Part shown: piece by piece, positions 1 through 9,839 of the stretch
How the letters are laid out: every line of letters begins with the position of its first letter
Position numbering within the stretch: position 1 is the stretch's first letter
IMG/VR virus record: IMGVR_UViG_3300021431_004509
Coordinates: 32,001 to 96,000 of that record
Origin: a virus
Taxonomy: Duplodnaviria > Caudoviricetes
DNA: 64,000 nucleotides
Direction: 5' to 3' (one strand)
The notes under the pieces: generated by a model
Seen by the model: only the letters and a program-made list of their open reading frames with translations
Database searches by the model: none
What the model was told of the DNA's origin: nothing
Translations under genes and position numbers: made by a program

Positions 1-3000
1 CTGAATACTGTCCATGTAAATACCGAACGCATTCTGAAGCTCACCAGCGCTGTCTCCCATGCGGGCCATCGCGTCCTCGGCTTCCTGGAATTGTTCGATA
101 ATGGAGAAGAATACGTTCTGCTGCCTCGTACCAGCCAACTGTTCGGCGACGCCAGCCTTCTCCATGCTGGAAAGCTGACTCCACACACCGGCGATACTCT
201 TCAGAATATCGTAGGTAGATCGATACTCACCGTTTACTGTAAAGTCGACGCCCTTGCCTGTGAGCATGTCGATAACCTTCTGATACTTGGCTTCCTCTAC
301 AGTCTCGCCGAGATCATCCAGTTCAACAGTCGTCTTGCGGATTCTGGCCGCAATTGTACGCAAGCCGGTTGAAGACTTGCTTACATTCTGAACCGTCGTA
401 TTGGCGGCAGTCAGCAGCGCGATCGATTGATCCAGAGAGTTGCCTGATGCGGCGAGCGCACTGCCCGCGTTGTTCATACCCTCCGCAATCTGGCTGACGC
501 TGATCGGGAAGTTGTTGCCGACGACAACCATCTTGTCCATGATAGACTCGATCTGCCCGACATCCTGCTTGAACGCCTTGATAATGGCGGTCATTGCGTC
601 CTGGGCCGCGGACGCGTCAATATCTCCTACGCCCTGAAGCATCGCCGTATATTTTGCAAGCACAGAGGACTCGTCCATCGTATAGCCAAGCCTTGCATAC
701 ACGGTCGTCGCTTCAATCATATCCTTGGTGGACTGCGCAGTCTCTTTCGCGATCTTTGATACGCTGTCCGCGTAGGCGTCCATGTCCTGCTTGGAGCTGC
801 GCGTGACGACCTGCAGCTGGTTCATCGCGGTGTCAAGCTCGACCGCGGTAGAAATCATTTTCTTGACGCCCTGAATAGCTTTCATCGTAAGATTCAGCAT
901 ACTAAGCGTATACGTCAAACGACCACCAATTGCCGTGAGGCCGGTTGACCACCAGCGGCTTAGCGCATTCCCGCTTGTCTTTATTGTAGTTTCTGCATCA
1001 GAAAACGCACGAGCGAGGTCCTTGATCTGCGCCTTATGGCTTTGCTCAACCTTCGTACAACCCTCAACCGTACCCTTTAATGCTATAAGCTCTTGTTTAG
1101 TGTTAACGATCTCGGTGTACTCTTTGTTGAATTTACCTTTGCCGGCAAGTGCGTACTTATCCTCTGCTTCTGTGCATTTCTGAATTAAATCATTTATTTG
1201 CCTTAGCGCGTCGGCCTTTTTCGCTAAGTCCTTATCTGACTGTCCATCATCATGTACTGTTTTTGCTGCTTTCGCTGCTTTTTCTTGCTCTTTTGCGGCT
1301 TCCTTTGCAGCCTTTGCGGCTTCTTCTGAAGCCTGCTTCGCAGCTTTCTGTGCAGACGTGTCAGCTAACTGCGCTTTATATCTGGCAACTGCTGAAGCGG
1401 CATCTTCATATATTTGCCTGATTGTCGCTTTTTGCGCATCAGTAAGGTTCGACGCCTCTTCCTTCTGGTTAAGCTCGTCAAGTTCCTGCTTATACTTCTG
1501 CAGCGCTTCAGATACGATCTGATACTCGTTTGCATTTTTCTCCGGATCAAGCTTTGCAATATCCTTTTGCGCTGCCGCATATTTTTTGGTGACAGAAAGC
1601 AGCTGGTTATAAAACGTTGCTTCCTGCTTCGCAGATTTCGACGCCCCATCGAGAGAAACCTTCTCCTTGTCAAGATCTGCAGAAAGTATCCTCGACGTTT
1701 TCGCTTTTGCTGCCTCGGCCTGCACCGCAGCATCAACGGCCGCCTTGTGCGCCTCGTATAATTTATTTACGTCACCGAGGTCTTTCTTTTCACCGTTTAT
1801 CCAAACACCAGTATCTTTAGACGCGGCCCCGGCACTGCCACCCATCGCCTCATAAAGCTTGGTGATGTTATCTACTGTTGCTTTACTTATATTTATGTCG
1901 TTAAACTTCGTGAAATCAATCGCAGATAATTTCTTTAAGTTTGCAACATCTATACTTGCAAGCTTCCCAAGATAATCACCTAAATTATCCAGCGTTTTAC
2001 TAATCTTTAGCTCATTGAATTTCGATAAATCAACGCCGGATAGTGCCTTTATTTTCCCCGTATCCATCGAGGCAAGTATCGGAAGATTTGTTGCAAGGTG
2101 ACTTAGCGTACTGCTGATCTTCAGATCATTAAACCCATTCAGTGTAACACCAGATAACTTCAGTAAGTTATCAGCGTTAACCGCGGCTATTTTAGGGAGG
2201 TTCTCTGCAAGACTTGTAAGCGTCGCGCCACTTACCTTCAGCCCTTCGAGCCCCGTAAAATCAAAACGCAGCCCAAGCGACCCATTTGAATTGAGTGCCG
2301 AGAGCTGTGTTGCAAGATGTATAATGTTCTCAACTGACTTTGCCGAGAATGAACCGGTTCCCATTTCGGCAATGTTTCTGAATGCCTGCGACACAGCGAG
2401 AAGCTTCGTTGAATCGACCCCGGCATATGCATCGAGTGCGCCGACAAGAGCAGTGACTGATTCAATAGAACCTCTGGCGCCTTCTGATAACTGTGTTGCG
2501 GCCTCACTGATCTGTTTGAAAGACTCGACAATACTCCCGCCGCTTCCGCCGCCGACCGCTCCTACACTTTTAACACCTTCTGTCTCGATGCGTTCAAGTT
2601 TTTCAATGACAGTCCCCATCGTATCTCCGAGACGCTCTAACGCAGCGGAGAACCCTTGAACCATCTGTGAGTCAAACACCCCCCCATGAGAGTTATAGTT
2701 TTCTTCCATTAACCCTCGGAAGTTTGTTTTAACATCCATAATTGCCTGAGACGCAGTGATGCTACCATCTCTTATTTTCCTAAACTGTTCATCGAACATA
2801 AAATCGTTGCTGCCCCAAACATCGTTTAGGTTAACAGATTGTAGAAACGTCTTAAACTCTTCAAGCGACTGTTGTGCGGTATCCTTAAACCGTCTTAATT
2901 CTTCTTCAAGGATATCGATGCCATTACCAACCTTTAGGTTTTGCAACTCTCTCTCAAGTTCAGAAACTTGTTCCCTGGCAAATCTAAAAGACGACTGTAG

Positions 3001-3108
3001 TCTGTCGGTTTCTTCTCGTGCAGCTTTTAATTCCACACGCATCCTGTCAAGCTCTTTTTCGCCAGAAATAACAACCTTGTTGTTAATTATATTTTTATAT
3101 TCAGCCAC
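1..3108 (-). CDS. Tail tape measure protein, N-terminal part (runs off the window)
   Basis: GTG at 3108 with GGAGG 7 nt upstream; the segments I translated are open and in frame down to position 1; TP901-type core (ELDTAMNQLQVV...YARLGY...GNNFPISVSQIAEG...LDQSIALLTAANTTVQN); follows tail genes. Confidence 0.9.
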   Translation of the reverse strand, partial: MAEYKNIINNKVVISGEKELDRMRVELKAAREETDRLQSSFRFAREQVSELERELQNLKVGNGIDILEEELRRFKDTAQQSLEEFKTFLQSVNLNDVWGSNDFMFDEQFRKIRDGSITASQAIMDVKTNFRGLMEENYNSHGGVFDSQMVQGFSAALERLGDTMGTVIEKLERIETEGVKSVGAVGGGSGGSIVESFKQISEAATQLSEGARGSIESVTALVGALDAYAGVDSTKLLAVSQAFRNIAEMGTGSFSAKSVENIIHLATQLSALNSNGSLGLRFDFTGLEGLKVSGATLTSLAENLPKIAAVNADNLLKLSGVTLNGFNDLKISSTLSHLATNLPILASMDTGKIKALSGVDLSKFNELKISKTLDNLGDYLGKLASIDVANLKKLSAIDFTKFNDINISKATVDNITKLYEAMGGSAGAASKDTGVWINGEKKDLGDVNKLYEAHKAAVDAAVQAEAAKAKTSRILSADLDKEKVSLDGASKSAKQEATFYNQLLSVTKKYAAAQKDIAKLDPEKNANEYQIVSEALQKYKQELDELNQKEEASNLTDAQKATIRQIYEDAASAVARYKAQLADTSAQKAAKQASEEAAKAAKEAAKEQEKAAKAAKTVHDDGQSDKDLAKKADALRQINDLIQKCTEAEDKYALAGKGKFNKEYTEIVNTKQELIALKGTVEGCTKVEQSHKAQIKDLARAFSDAETTIKTSGNALSRWWSTGLTAIGGRLTYTLSMLNLTMKAIQGVKKMISTAVELDTAMNQLQVVTRSSKQDMDAYADSVSKIAKETAQSTKDMIEATTVYARLGYTMDESSVLAKYTAMLQGVGDIDASAAQDAMTAIIKAFKQDVGQIESIMDKMVVVGNNFPISVSQIAEGMNNAGSALAASGNSLDQSIALLTAANTTVQNVSKSSTGLRTIAARIRKTTVELDDLGETVEEAKYQKVIDMLTGKGVDFTVNGEYRSTYDILKSIAGVWSQLSSMEKAGVAEQLAGTRQQNVFFSIIEQFQEAEDAMARMGDSAGELQNAFGIYMDSIQ

Positions 3109-3123
3109 CACTACACCTCCTTC

Positions 3124-3822
3124 TTATAGAATCTCTTCCATCAATTGTGGAATTTTTGCGTTCACCCTTTGCATAGCGGCTTCATTATGTTTGTTTGAAA
3201 TCTCCTTAAACTTTGCAAACATCTCTGTGCCTTCTATGGCTCTAAGTTCACGACTAATCATGTAGTATGGGGCCTCCGTCCTTACGGCACGCCGGCCCCA
3301 CTTCCCATACCTATGCCATTCTTTTTTCTCGTTTCCAGGATATTTAACCCATCCTGGTTTTCTGTAATAAGCAACACCAGGAGACGGGTGCCTGCCCCAT
3401 ATGTCTGTTTTCCCGTCATCGATTGTCTTTGCACCGCCGTGCCATCCCTCCTGGAATACAGTTTGATACAAGTTGTCCGCACTGCTGCGGTGTGAGTCCA
3501 AACGGTCTGGATTGTAAAGCTCATCATAATTAGGGCCATTCGCAATCACCATTCCGCGGTCATTTGTCTTGATATCCAACAAGTCATATAGCCCGTTCTG
3601 TCTGTCATACGTAGTCGGTGTATATGCGTTATAGAATTCTTCAACGGCACGGTTGAAAATCTTGGTAATCTCTTCTTTCTGGTATTCACCGAACTCCACA
3701 TAGGCTTCTTCCATCGCGGCCTCGGTCTCCGCGCCCATTAACTCCAATGTCTTATCGGCAAGGGTATGTAGACGTGATTTTGCAGAGTCAATCAATGCGT
3801 CAATATCTCTGGTATCGCTCAT
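3124..3822 (-). CDS. Hypothetical tail-region protein
   Basis: 232-aa ORF with RBS, between chaperone-like genes and TMP. Confidence 0.7.
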   Translation of the reverse strand: MSDTRDIDALIDSAKSRLHTLADKTLELMGAETEAAMEEAYVEFGEYQKEEITKIFNRAVEEFYNAYTPTTYDRQNGLYDLLDIKTNDRGMVIANGPNYDELYNPDRLDSHRSSADNLYQTVFQEGWHGGAKTIDDGKTDIWGRHPSPGVAYYRKPGWVKYPGNEKKEWHRYGKWGRRAVRTEAPYYMISRELRAIEGTEMFAKFKEISNKHNEAAMQRVNAKIPQLMEEIL

Positions 3823-3831
3823 AAATTGCTC

Positions 3832-4260
3832 CTATCCGGCGTCGATACAAAGCTTTACAGACTGTATGATCGCCTCTATTAGTTTCTTGTTCGCGGCCTC
3901 ATAAACAACGTCATAGAGGTCTGAATCATATACAATGTGAAAAATATTTCCAAAATCATTTGGAATCGACACAGACGCAAAGGTCCCGATTACGACGGCT
4001 TTAATAGCACAGTCAAGAAGTTCTATGGCGATACCGTCTTCCGGTGTACGGCAGATATCCAGAACATTCTGGACGGCCTCCATATACTCGCGTGCAGATA
4101 TGGAGTGTTTGACGCAGATTTTCAGACCACGCCAATTAATAAGCTTATATGGTTGAGTCCCGACACAAGCAGCACGCAATAAATCGTCCGCTGTGACAAT
4201 GCCAGCAGGTGAATACGCTGTGGACGGACGCCCATAGACAGGCCGAGTATTACTCGCCAT
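3832..4260 (-). CDS. Putative tail assembly chaperone (paralog of 4250-4870)
   Basis: ATG overlaps the upstream stop; aligns by eye with the upstream ORF; position before TMP. Confidence 0.55.
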   Translation of the reverse strand: MASNTRPVYGRPSTAYSPAGIVTADDLLRAACVGTQPYKLINWRGLKICVKHSISAREYMEAVQNVLDICRTPEDGIAIELLDCAIKAVVIGTFASVSIPNDFGNIFHIVYDSDLYDVVYEAANKKLIEAIIQSVKLCIDAG

Positions 4261-4870
4261 CTTTTGTTCCCTCGTCGTGTTCGTCGCGCAGCTTGTTCTG
4301 TTCTGCAACGACAGCCTTCACAATCTTTTCCTCGTCAATACCGCCTTCACCGATGGCGCTGATCATCTTCTTCAGATCGTCCTGCGACACACCGTCGAAC
4401 AGTCCGGCGATAGAGTTGAGAAACTGATTCGCGCTGTCCATAAAGCTGTTGAATTCGCGCTCCATCGCAGCCGCACGTGCATCGCTGCGGTCTTTGCATC
4501 GCTCGGTTACAGACCGGATGATAGTATCAAGCTGATCATTGCTGATGGCCGCATACACATGGTCGATCAAATCAGATCCGTAAAGCATCGCATACTGGCT
4601 CTCAGTATCTTCCGGCACATCAACGTTGGTATATGCGCCAACAATACAAAGTCTTGTAGCAAAGTCCCTGTTCTCCGGGATGTATTCTCCTGTATCCTTA
4701 TCAAAGCATGCGTCCGAGATAGACGTAACCAGCGCCTTTACCGCATAAAACGGAATTACACGTAGCACGACCAGGTCGTTCCCGTAATAACTGATATGCT
4801 GCTCGTTCGGAAAACGGTCGCTGATAACTTCTGCCATATTCTCAATTGTGATTCTCTTCATTTCGTCCAT
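4250..4870 (-). CDS. Putative tail assembly chaperone
   Basis: RBS then MDEMKR; acidic helical protein between tail tube and TMP. Confidence 0.55.
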   Translation of the reverse strand: MDEMKRITIENMAEVISDRFPNEQHISYYGNDLVVLRVIPFYAVKALVTSISDACFDKDTGEYIPENRDFATRLCIVGAYTNVDVPEDTESQYAMLYGSDLIDHVYAAISNDQLDTIIRSVTERCKDRSDARAAAMEREFNSFMDSANQFLNSIAGLFDGVSQDDLKKMISAIGEGGIDEEKIVKAVVAEQNKLRDEHDEGTKDGE

Positions 4871-4887
4871 TGTCGTTCTCCTTTTCT

Positions 4888-5325
4888 TCATTTCATAATA
4901 TCGATTTTGATTTCTGTACGCGGCCACTCAAGATCGACTCCGCATTGCAATGTCAAGCTCCGCAGATGCAGGCTGTCGTCGTCCACAAGAAAGCCGCTCT
5001 CAACAAATCCGTCCAGAATAAACTTGGGCACAGTATTGTCCACGTCGTGCCGTCGGTTATTCGGGTAATAGACCGTAAATGTCATATCGCATTCTTCAAT
5101 GCGCAGGTTAGTGTAACCTTGGTCTTCGATAAACCAAACGATGAAGTCCTTCCATTTCTGCTTTAAGGAGTTCATCTTGGACCTCAGCATGATCATCCAT
5201 ACATTGATCGACTCATGATATGGGTGCTCAATCGGCTTCTTCGTTGCTCGCTTATGGATAGAGAAGTAATGCTCCTCATACCGCCGCAAGGTTTCCTCAT
5301 CAAATACCAATTTGATCTCTTTCAT
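4888..5325 (-). CDS. rusA: RusA-like Holliday junction resolvase
   Basis: RRHDVDN..K...DG......DDD acidic catalytic pattern. Confidence 0.75.
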   Translation of the reverse strand: MKEIKLVFDEETLRRYEEHYFSIHKRATKKPIEHPYHESINVWMIMLRSKMNSLKQKWKDFIVWFIEDQGYTNLRIEECDMTFTVYYPNNRRHDVDNTVPKFILDGFVESGFLVDDDSLHLRSLTLQCGVDLEWPRTEIKIDIMK

Positions 5326-5378
5326 ATCAGCTCCCATTAAAAAAAAGGAGATAGCGTAAGCTACCTCCCTCGTCAATG

Positions 5379-5612
5379 TTATTGCTCCTCGGCTTTGGCC
5401 GTGGATCTTTTTCTTGCCCGCTTTGGCTTCTCCGCTCCCTGCGGCTTTGCCTCACCGCGCGATTCCAGAATTCGCGCCAGATAAATGGCACCGTGCTCCG
5501 GGCAGCACGCAACGTCCTGCCAGCGGAATTCATTGTTCAAATTCGGGCGGAGTGTGTGGCACGCTTCATACTCCGCGCCACACACCTTACATACCTTTAT
5601 TCCCTTCGCCAT
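5379..5612 (-). CDS. Small Cys-rich, probably Zn-binding protein
   Basis: CxxC...C...CCxxH, basic tail. Confidence 0.65.
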   Translation of the reverse strand: MAKGIKVCKVCGAEYEACHTLRPNLNNEFRWQDVACCPEHGAIYLARILESRGEAKPQGAEKPKRARKRSTAKAEEQ

Positions 5613-5627
5613 GTTGACTCCTGTGGA

Positions 5628-6416
5628 TTAGGCCACATCCTCGGCGTTTGCACCGAACACGATCATATCCCACAGAGTGCCGCCAGCGCCGCAGGCGCCG
5701 GACAGGCCCTCGGCCTCAAAGTTATGCACGCTCTGGTCGTCGCCGAAGTCCAGAGTGAACTCGCCGTTGAAGTCGGCCTTGGGGATATGGAACTGCACAT
5801 GGTACAGGTTGGCGCACTTGTCCTCGCCGATGCAGTCGATGTAGAGCTCGCACTTGCTGGAGTACTTGTCGCTCTGGTTGCTCAGGACGTTTGCGTTGAT
5901 CTTCCGCTTGTAGTACACAGCGATCTGGGTGCCGGCCTTAACATCCTCGGAGAAGGTGAGCTTCTTGGTAGCAGGATCATACGCGAACTTGCCCTTGGAG
6001 GCGGTCGCATCCTGGGTCAGAGAAGCGCGGACGGTGCCGACAGTCTCAAGAATATAGAGCTCCACGATCTCGGCACCGGCGGTACCGATCGCCTTGTACG
6101 CAGTCTGGGCGGTGTGGTCAGCACCAACGGTCAGGAAGTCGTTCCACATGACCTCGGTGCTCTTATCCTCAAACTTGCTGCCGGTCTGCATTTCGACCAG
6201 ACCGCAGGAGAGCATACCGTTGGCGCCGCTGATAGTCATAGTCTTATTGCGCTTCAGGGAGCTGAGCTTACGGCCCTGCTTACCGGTGATGTCGACCTTC
6301 TCCTGACCCTGAGCCAGGGAGGCGTTCTGCAGCTCGTCAAGAGTCCACATATAGTCGCCGGTCGTGATGTCAAAAGCGTTGATGGTCTCAAGGCTGGTGA
6401 TCATAATATCAACCAT
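5628..6416 (-). CDS. Major tail tube protein
   Basis: 262 aa, beta-rich, strong codon bias, position in tail module. Confidence 0.7.
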   Translation of the reverse strand: MVDIMITSLETINAFDITTGDYMWTLDELQNASLAQGQEKVDITGKQGRKLSSLKRNKTMTISGANGMLSCGLVEMQTGSKFEDKSTEVMWNDFLTVGADHTAQTAYKAIGTAGAEIVELYILETVGTVRASLTQDATASKGKFAYDPATKKLTFSEDVKAGTQIAVYYKRKINANVLSNQSDKYSSKCELYIDCIGEDKCANLYHVQFHIPKADFNGEFTLDFGDDQSVHNFEAEGLSGACGAGGTLWDMIVFGANAEDVA

Positions 6417-6429
6417 GATAAATTCCTCC

Positions 6430-7137
6430 TTATTTGTGTGTCAGCCAGTTTAATTCATCCGGGCTGAGTTTTTTGGGGTCAACGGTTCCCGCATAGACCC
6501 CATGCATCTTGTTGTCGAAATCGACTTTCTTTTGTATTTGTCTAACACTTTCGTTAAATTGATAGATAGAGAGTTCTCGTGTCCCCTCGTATCCGTATTT
6601 GAACTGCTCTGTGTTGACCATTGCTATGATAAGCTGTTCGAGCTGGGATTCCGTCTTGCGCTTCTTTTTGCGCTTCGCTTTTTTCCGCGCTCGCTCCAGC
6701 ATATATTCCTGGGCGTCTTTATTCCCAGGCTTATGGTTATCCTTCTCGATGTGATGTATCTTCCTGAGAAGATTTGCGATCCGCGTGTGGATCACGCGAT
6801 CGATCACAATATCGTTCTCCTCGTCGTAAAGCACCATAGCCCCGGTCTCAGTATTTTGACCGAGTGTAAATTTTGTGAGATCCAAATCGTGAAACACCAG
6901 ACTGGTGTCAAGATCTTTGATTCCGTTGAACAGCATAAGAAACAGATCGTATTCGTTAATCGTTGTAAAGTCTACGCCGATATCATCAAGCTGCACCATA
7001 TAGTCGATCGGCATTGCCGTAAGAACGGAAATGATACTGTAGTATGCGTCCTCCTGATCCAGGATCTCTCCAACTGTCGGTATCACGATCCCAATCTTGT
7101 CATTGATCTGCACGACTCTGTCGTATAACAGACTCAT
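6430..7137 (-). CDS. Tail-module protein
   Basis: 235-aa ORF coupled to neighbours. Confidence 0.6.
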   Translation of the reverse strand: MSLLYDRVVQINDKIGIVIPTVGEILDQEDAYYSIISVLTAMPIDYMVQLDDIGVDFTTINEYDLFLMLFNGIKDLDTSLVFHDLDLTKFTLGQNTETGAMVLYDEENDIVIDRVIHTRIANLLRKIHHIEKDNHKPGNKDAQEYMLERARKKAKRKKKRKTESQLEQLIIAMVNTEQFKYGYEGTRELSIYQFNESVRQIQKKVDFDNKMHGVYAGTVDPKKLSPDELNWLTHK

Positions 7138-7661
7138 TGCGCAACCACTCCAGTCTTCCTGTTGATCGGCATTTGCTTCCCGGTTGGGTGTGGGCGGTTC
7201 CAGTCTCTTGTGTGGAAAACAATCTGTTTTCCCTGATAGTCCATCATCGGCGCAAAACGCCGCACGGAATAAAGTTCCAATTCACCCATCCCGTAAAACC
7301 TGCTTCCGTTAAGCGATTTGACGACTTCGTGTGCAAGCTTATCCGTCCGTACGCCGCCTTCCGGCAGACGCAGCAGACTCTTGTGGGTAAACACCCAAAT
7401 GTATAAAACCGGTTTGTACACAGTTTTATTCGCCCTGTCGCCTTCGGACAGGAGGTCTACGTCGCAGCACACAAATGTCTCGCCGTGTTCCACGGTCTCA
7501 GGCACATACTCATAGGGGAAAACATTTTGATAAACAAGCTCCCCTGCATCGGCCATCTCGATATTCTCGTCGATTAGCCTTACGATGTTTTCATTTGTCA
7601 ACAGGTCGCTCATGACCTGATTCTTGTAGCCGAAGAATTCATCCAGATACATTACAGCCAA
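7134..7661 (-). CDS. Putative tail terminator/completion protein
   Basis: Position and size in SPbeta-like neck/tail module. Confidence 0.55.
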   Translation of the reverse strand: MAVMYLDEFFGYKNQVMSDLLTNENIVRLIDENIEMADAGELVYQNVFPYEYVPETVEHGETFVCCDVDLLSEGDRANKTVYKPVLYIWVFTHKSLLRLPEGGVRTDKLAHEVVKSLNGSRFYGMGELELYSVRRFAPMMDYQGKQIVFHTRDWNRPHPTGKQMPINRKTGVVAQ

Positions 7662-8404
7662 TTCCTCCTTCCAGAACCGCCGCCGTCCGGCGGGGCAATC
7701 GGCATCACCGGTCCGGAGAAGTGCTTGTAGTAATCTGCAATTCCAAGCTCCTGGTTATCGTCGTCAGTCGTGTTCACTTCCTGCAGCACGAATTTGTAAA
7801 CACCGTTGTCGTTGTATACGCTTGAAAACTTCAGCGGCTTTGTCAACGCGTACGCAAGCATATGCCCGCTTTCGTGATCGTCTATCAAAAATCTGTTCAG
7901 ACGTCCAAGCTTCGCAGTATCCCTGTTCCTCGCAATCGTAACAGCGATACGCGAATCGCCGCGCGTCACAATAAACTGCCGGTCTTCATATTCGCCTGTA
8001 AGGTATTTAGTGCCGTCCTCAACGATGCACCACTGTTCATGAATCACATCATCGTCGTCAACCCATTTCAGCAGATGATTGCACTGCGTCATCTTCGCCC
8101 TCGTGTACACTTCGGTGTTGTAATCCTTCTCCACAACAAGCCAGTGGTTGTCCATCCATTGCACATAGGCGCCGTGGCGAATATCTTCACCGGGCAGTGC
8201 GTAGATGAACTTGGTCTCCAGATTGTCGGTGTTGATGATCGCGACATCGCGATCTTCGTCGTCAACAATCGCATGATGGAAGGATAACGAATGACGCAGC
8301 TTATCTGCCAGCATGCGCTGTTCTCTGCGCAGCGCCGTTTCGCGTCGTGTGTTTCCTCTGACGTCGGCGCGCGCCTGATAAGCATCCCACATATCCATCG
8401 TCAC
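7652..8404 (-). CDS. Putative head closure/neck protein
   Basis: 250 aa, synteny. Confidence 0.55.
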   Translation of the reverse strand: MTMDMWDAYQARADVRGNTRRETALRREQRMLADKLRHSLSFHHAIVDDEDRDVAIINTDNLETKFIYALPGEDIRHGAYVQWMDNHWLVVEKDYNTEVYTRAKMTQCNHLLKWVDDDDVIHEQWCIVEDGTKYLTGEYEDRQFIVTRGDSRIAVTIARNRDTAKLGRLNRFLIDDHESGHMLAYALTKPLKFSSVYNDNGVYKFVLQEVNTTDDDNQELGIADYYKHFSGPVMPIAPPDGGGSGRRNWL

Positions 8405-8733
8405 ACCTCCGCATATCTCGCCTTTAATTTGTTGCAGATGGAAATGGCCCGAAAGATCTCGCGGCGTACAATTTTAATATCACAGTCTGCGTGCCCGATC
8501 AGGTACTGCAGAATCGACAGGATGCTTGTAAACTCCGCATCGTTGTGAATCGCGGGAAACAAATCTCTGCACCCGATCAATTCACGCAAAAGGCTGCCCA
8601 TGTAAATGTCCAGCGTATCTTCACCGTTCTCGCGCATCGGAAGAATCTTGAATAAAAGATTCACAAGAGTGGTGAAGTATGATTCCAGGACGCATCCGTC
8701 GATATCGCACCCGTAAATTGTTTCTACAATCAT
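8401..8733 (-). CDS. Hypothetical neck-region protein
   Basis: Overlapping start/stop coupling. Confidence 0.6.
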   Translation of the reverse strand: MIVETIYGCDIDGCVLESYFTTLVNLLFKILPMRENGEDTLDIYMGSLLRELIGCRDLFPAIHNDAEFTSILSILQYLIGHADCDIKIVRREIFRAISICNKLKARYAEV

Positions 8734-9179
8734 ATATGAAGCACCGTCAGATCTCCGTGGTTATAGCTGTAATCACGGATCATCTGTGTGTAATCTTTCT
8801 TGACCTGCTTGTATGCTTCCCCGATGCGAAGCAGCAGGTTGGCAGGGGAGTACAGCTCGAAGTCTCTTGTGTTCAAGAGATTCTCAAGGTTCTCCTGCCT
8901 GTATAAAAACGGCTTCATCCACTGCATGACCATACCCTCGGATATGATATCGATAAGTTCATCCATGTCATCAACCTTGATGTCCTGGATGAATTCTCTC
9001 GTCTCATCGTCCGCTGTCGTAAACAGATCATACTTGCAGTTTTTACGGAACATGGAAACCGCGGCCTTCAAATAGCCGTCGATGACATCCTGCCTCTCTG
9101 TATGGTTCATCTGCAGGAAGTCATATTCCGATATTTTCGCAAGGAACGCCGCCGTTAAAGTATCATAAGAAAGGCGCAT
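8730..9179 (-). CDS. Putative head-tail connector/adaptor
   Basis: 149-aa helical protein two genes after capsid. Confidence 0.6.
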   Translation of the reverse strand: MRLSYDTLTAAFLAKISEYDFLQMNHTERQDVIDGYLKAAVSMFRKNCKYDLFTTADDETREFIQDIKVDDMDELIDIISEGMVMQWMKPFLYRQENLENLLNTRDFELYSPANLLLRIGEAYKQVKKDYTQMIRDYSYNHGDLTVLHI

Positions 9180-9190
9180 GCCTTACCTCC

Positions 9191-9778
9191 TTACCGTTCA
9201 ACAAGCTGAATACCAAGCGCATCCTCCAGCGCTGCAATCGCCTTGTTGGAGTCGATCCCATTTTCTGCGATCAGCTGTCTGGCACGGTATCCGATCGAAG
9301 CCTTCTGGCCCTCGGATAAACCCGCGATGATCTTCTTGATTTCCTCGGGCTTCTTGGAAAACAGTTCGTCGAACTGATCGAGCGGGAGCGCATTACGGTA
9401 GAACGCTCTCATCCCGAGATAGTCGATGACCCACGAGAACTCCTCGTCAAACATAAACCAGTTGTTGCGGAAGAACGCTTTATCTGCGCTCTTGGCGCTC
9501 TTGAGCTCCTGCAGCTCAATGTCCTGCACTTCATCGAACCCTTCCCACACAAACAGTTCTCCGGTTTTCCTGCTCTTGTAGACCAGTGTTCCCTCAAACC
9601 CGTTGTGTACCGGGATGTACTGATGAATATCTACCTCGGTCGGGATCATCTTTTTCGCAGTCTCGATCGTCTCCGTTTCTTGCTGTGAGTCAGCGGCCGC
9701 CAGCTTTTCCGTGTTCTGATCGGTCGCCGCCGGCTTTGATGCCGCTGTAGTCTTTCTGCTTGTAGTTCTTCCTGCCAT
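9191..9778 (-). CDS. Conserved post-capsid protein
   Basis: 195 aa with RBS, synteny. Confidence 0.6.
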   Translation of the reverse strand: MAGRTTSRKTTAASKPAATDQNTEKLAAADSQQETETIETAKKMIPTEVDIHQYIPVHNGFEGTLVYKSRKTGELFVWEGFDEVQDIELQELKSAKSADKAFFRNNWFMFDEEFSWVIDYLGMRAFYRNALPLDQFDELFSKKPEEIKKIIAGLSEGQKASIGYRARQLIAENGIDSNKAIAALEDALGIQLVER

Positions 9779-9803
9779 GTTGATCTCCTTTCAATTCAGT
9801 AAA

Positions 9804-9837
9804 TGGGAGTCCTCTTTATGAGGACTCCCGAAAAAAT
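9804..9837 (-). terminator. Hairpin after major capsid gene
   Basis: GGGAGTCCTC/GAGGACTCCC stem with flanking T tracts. Confidence 0.7.
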
Positions 9838-9839
9838 CT

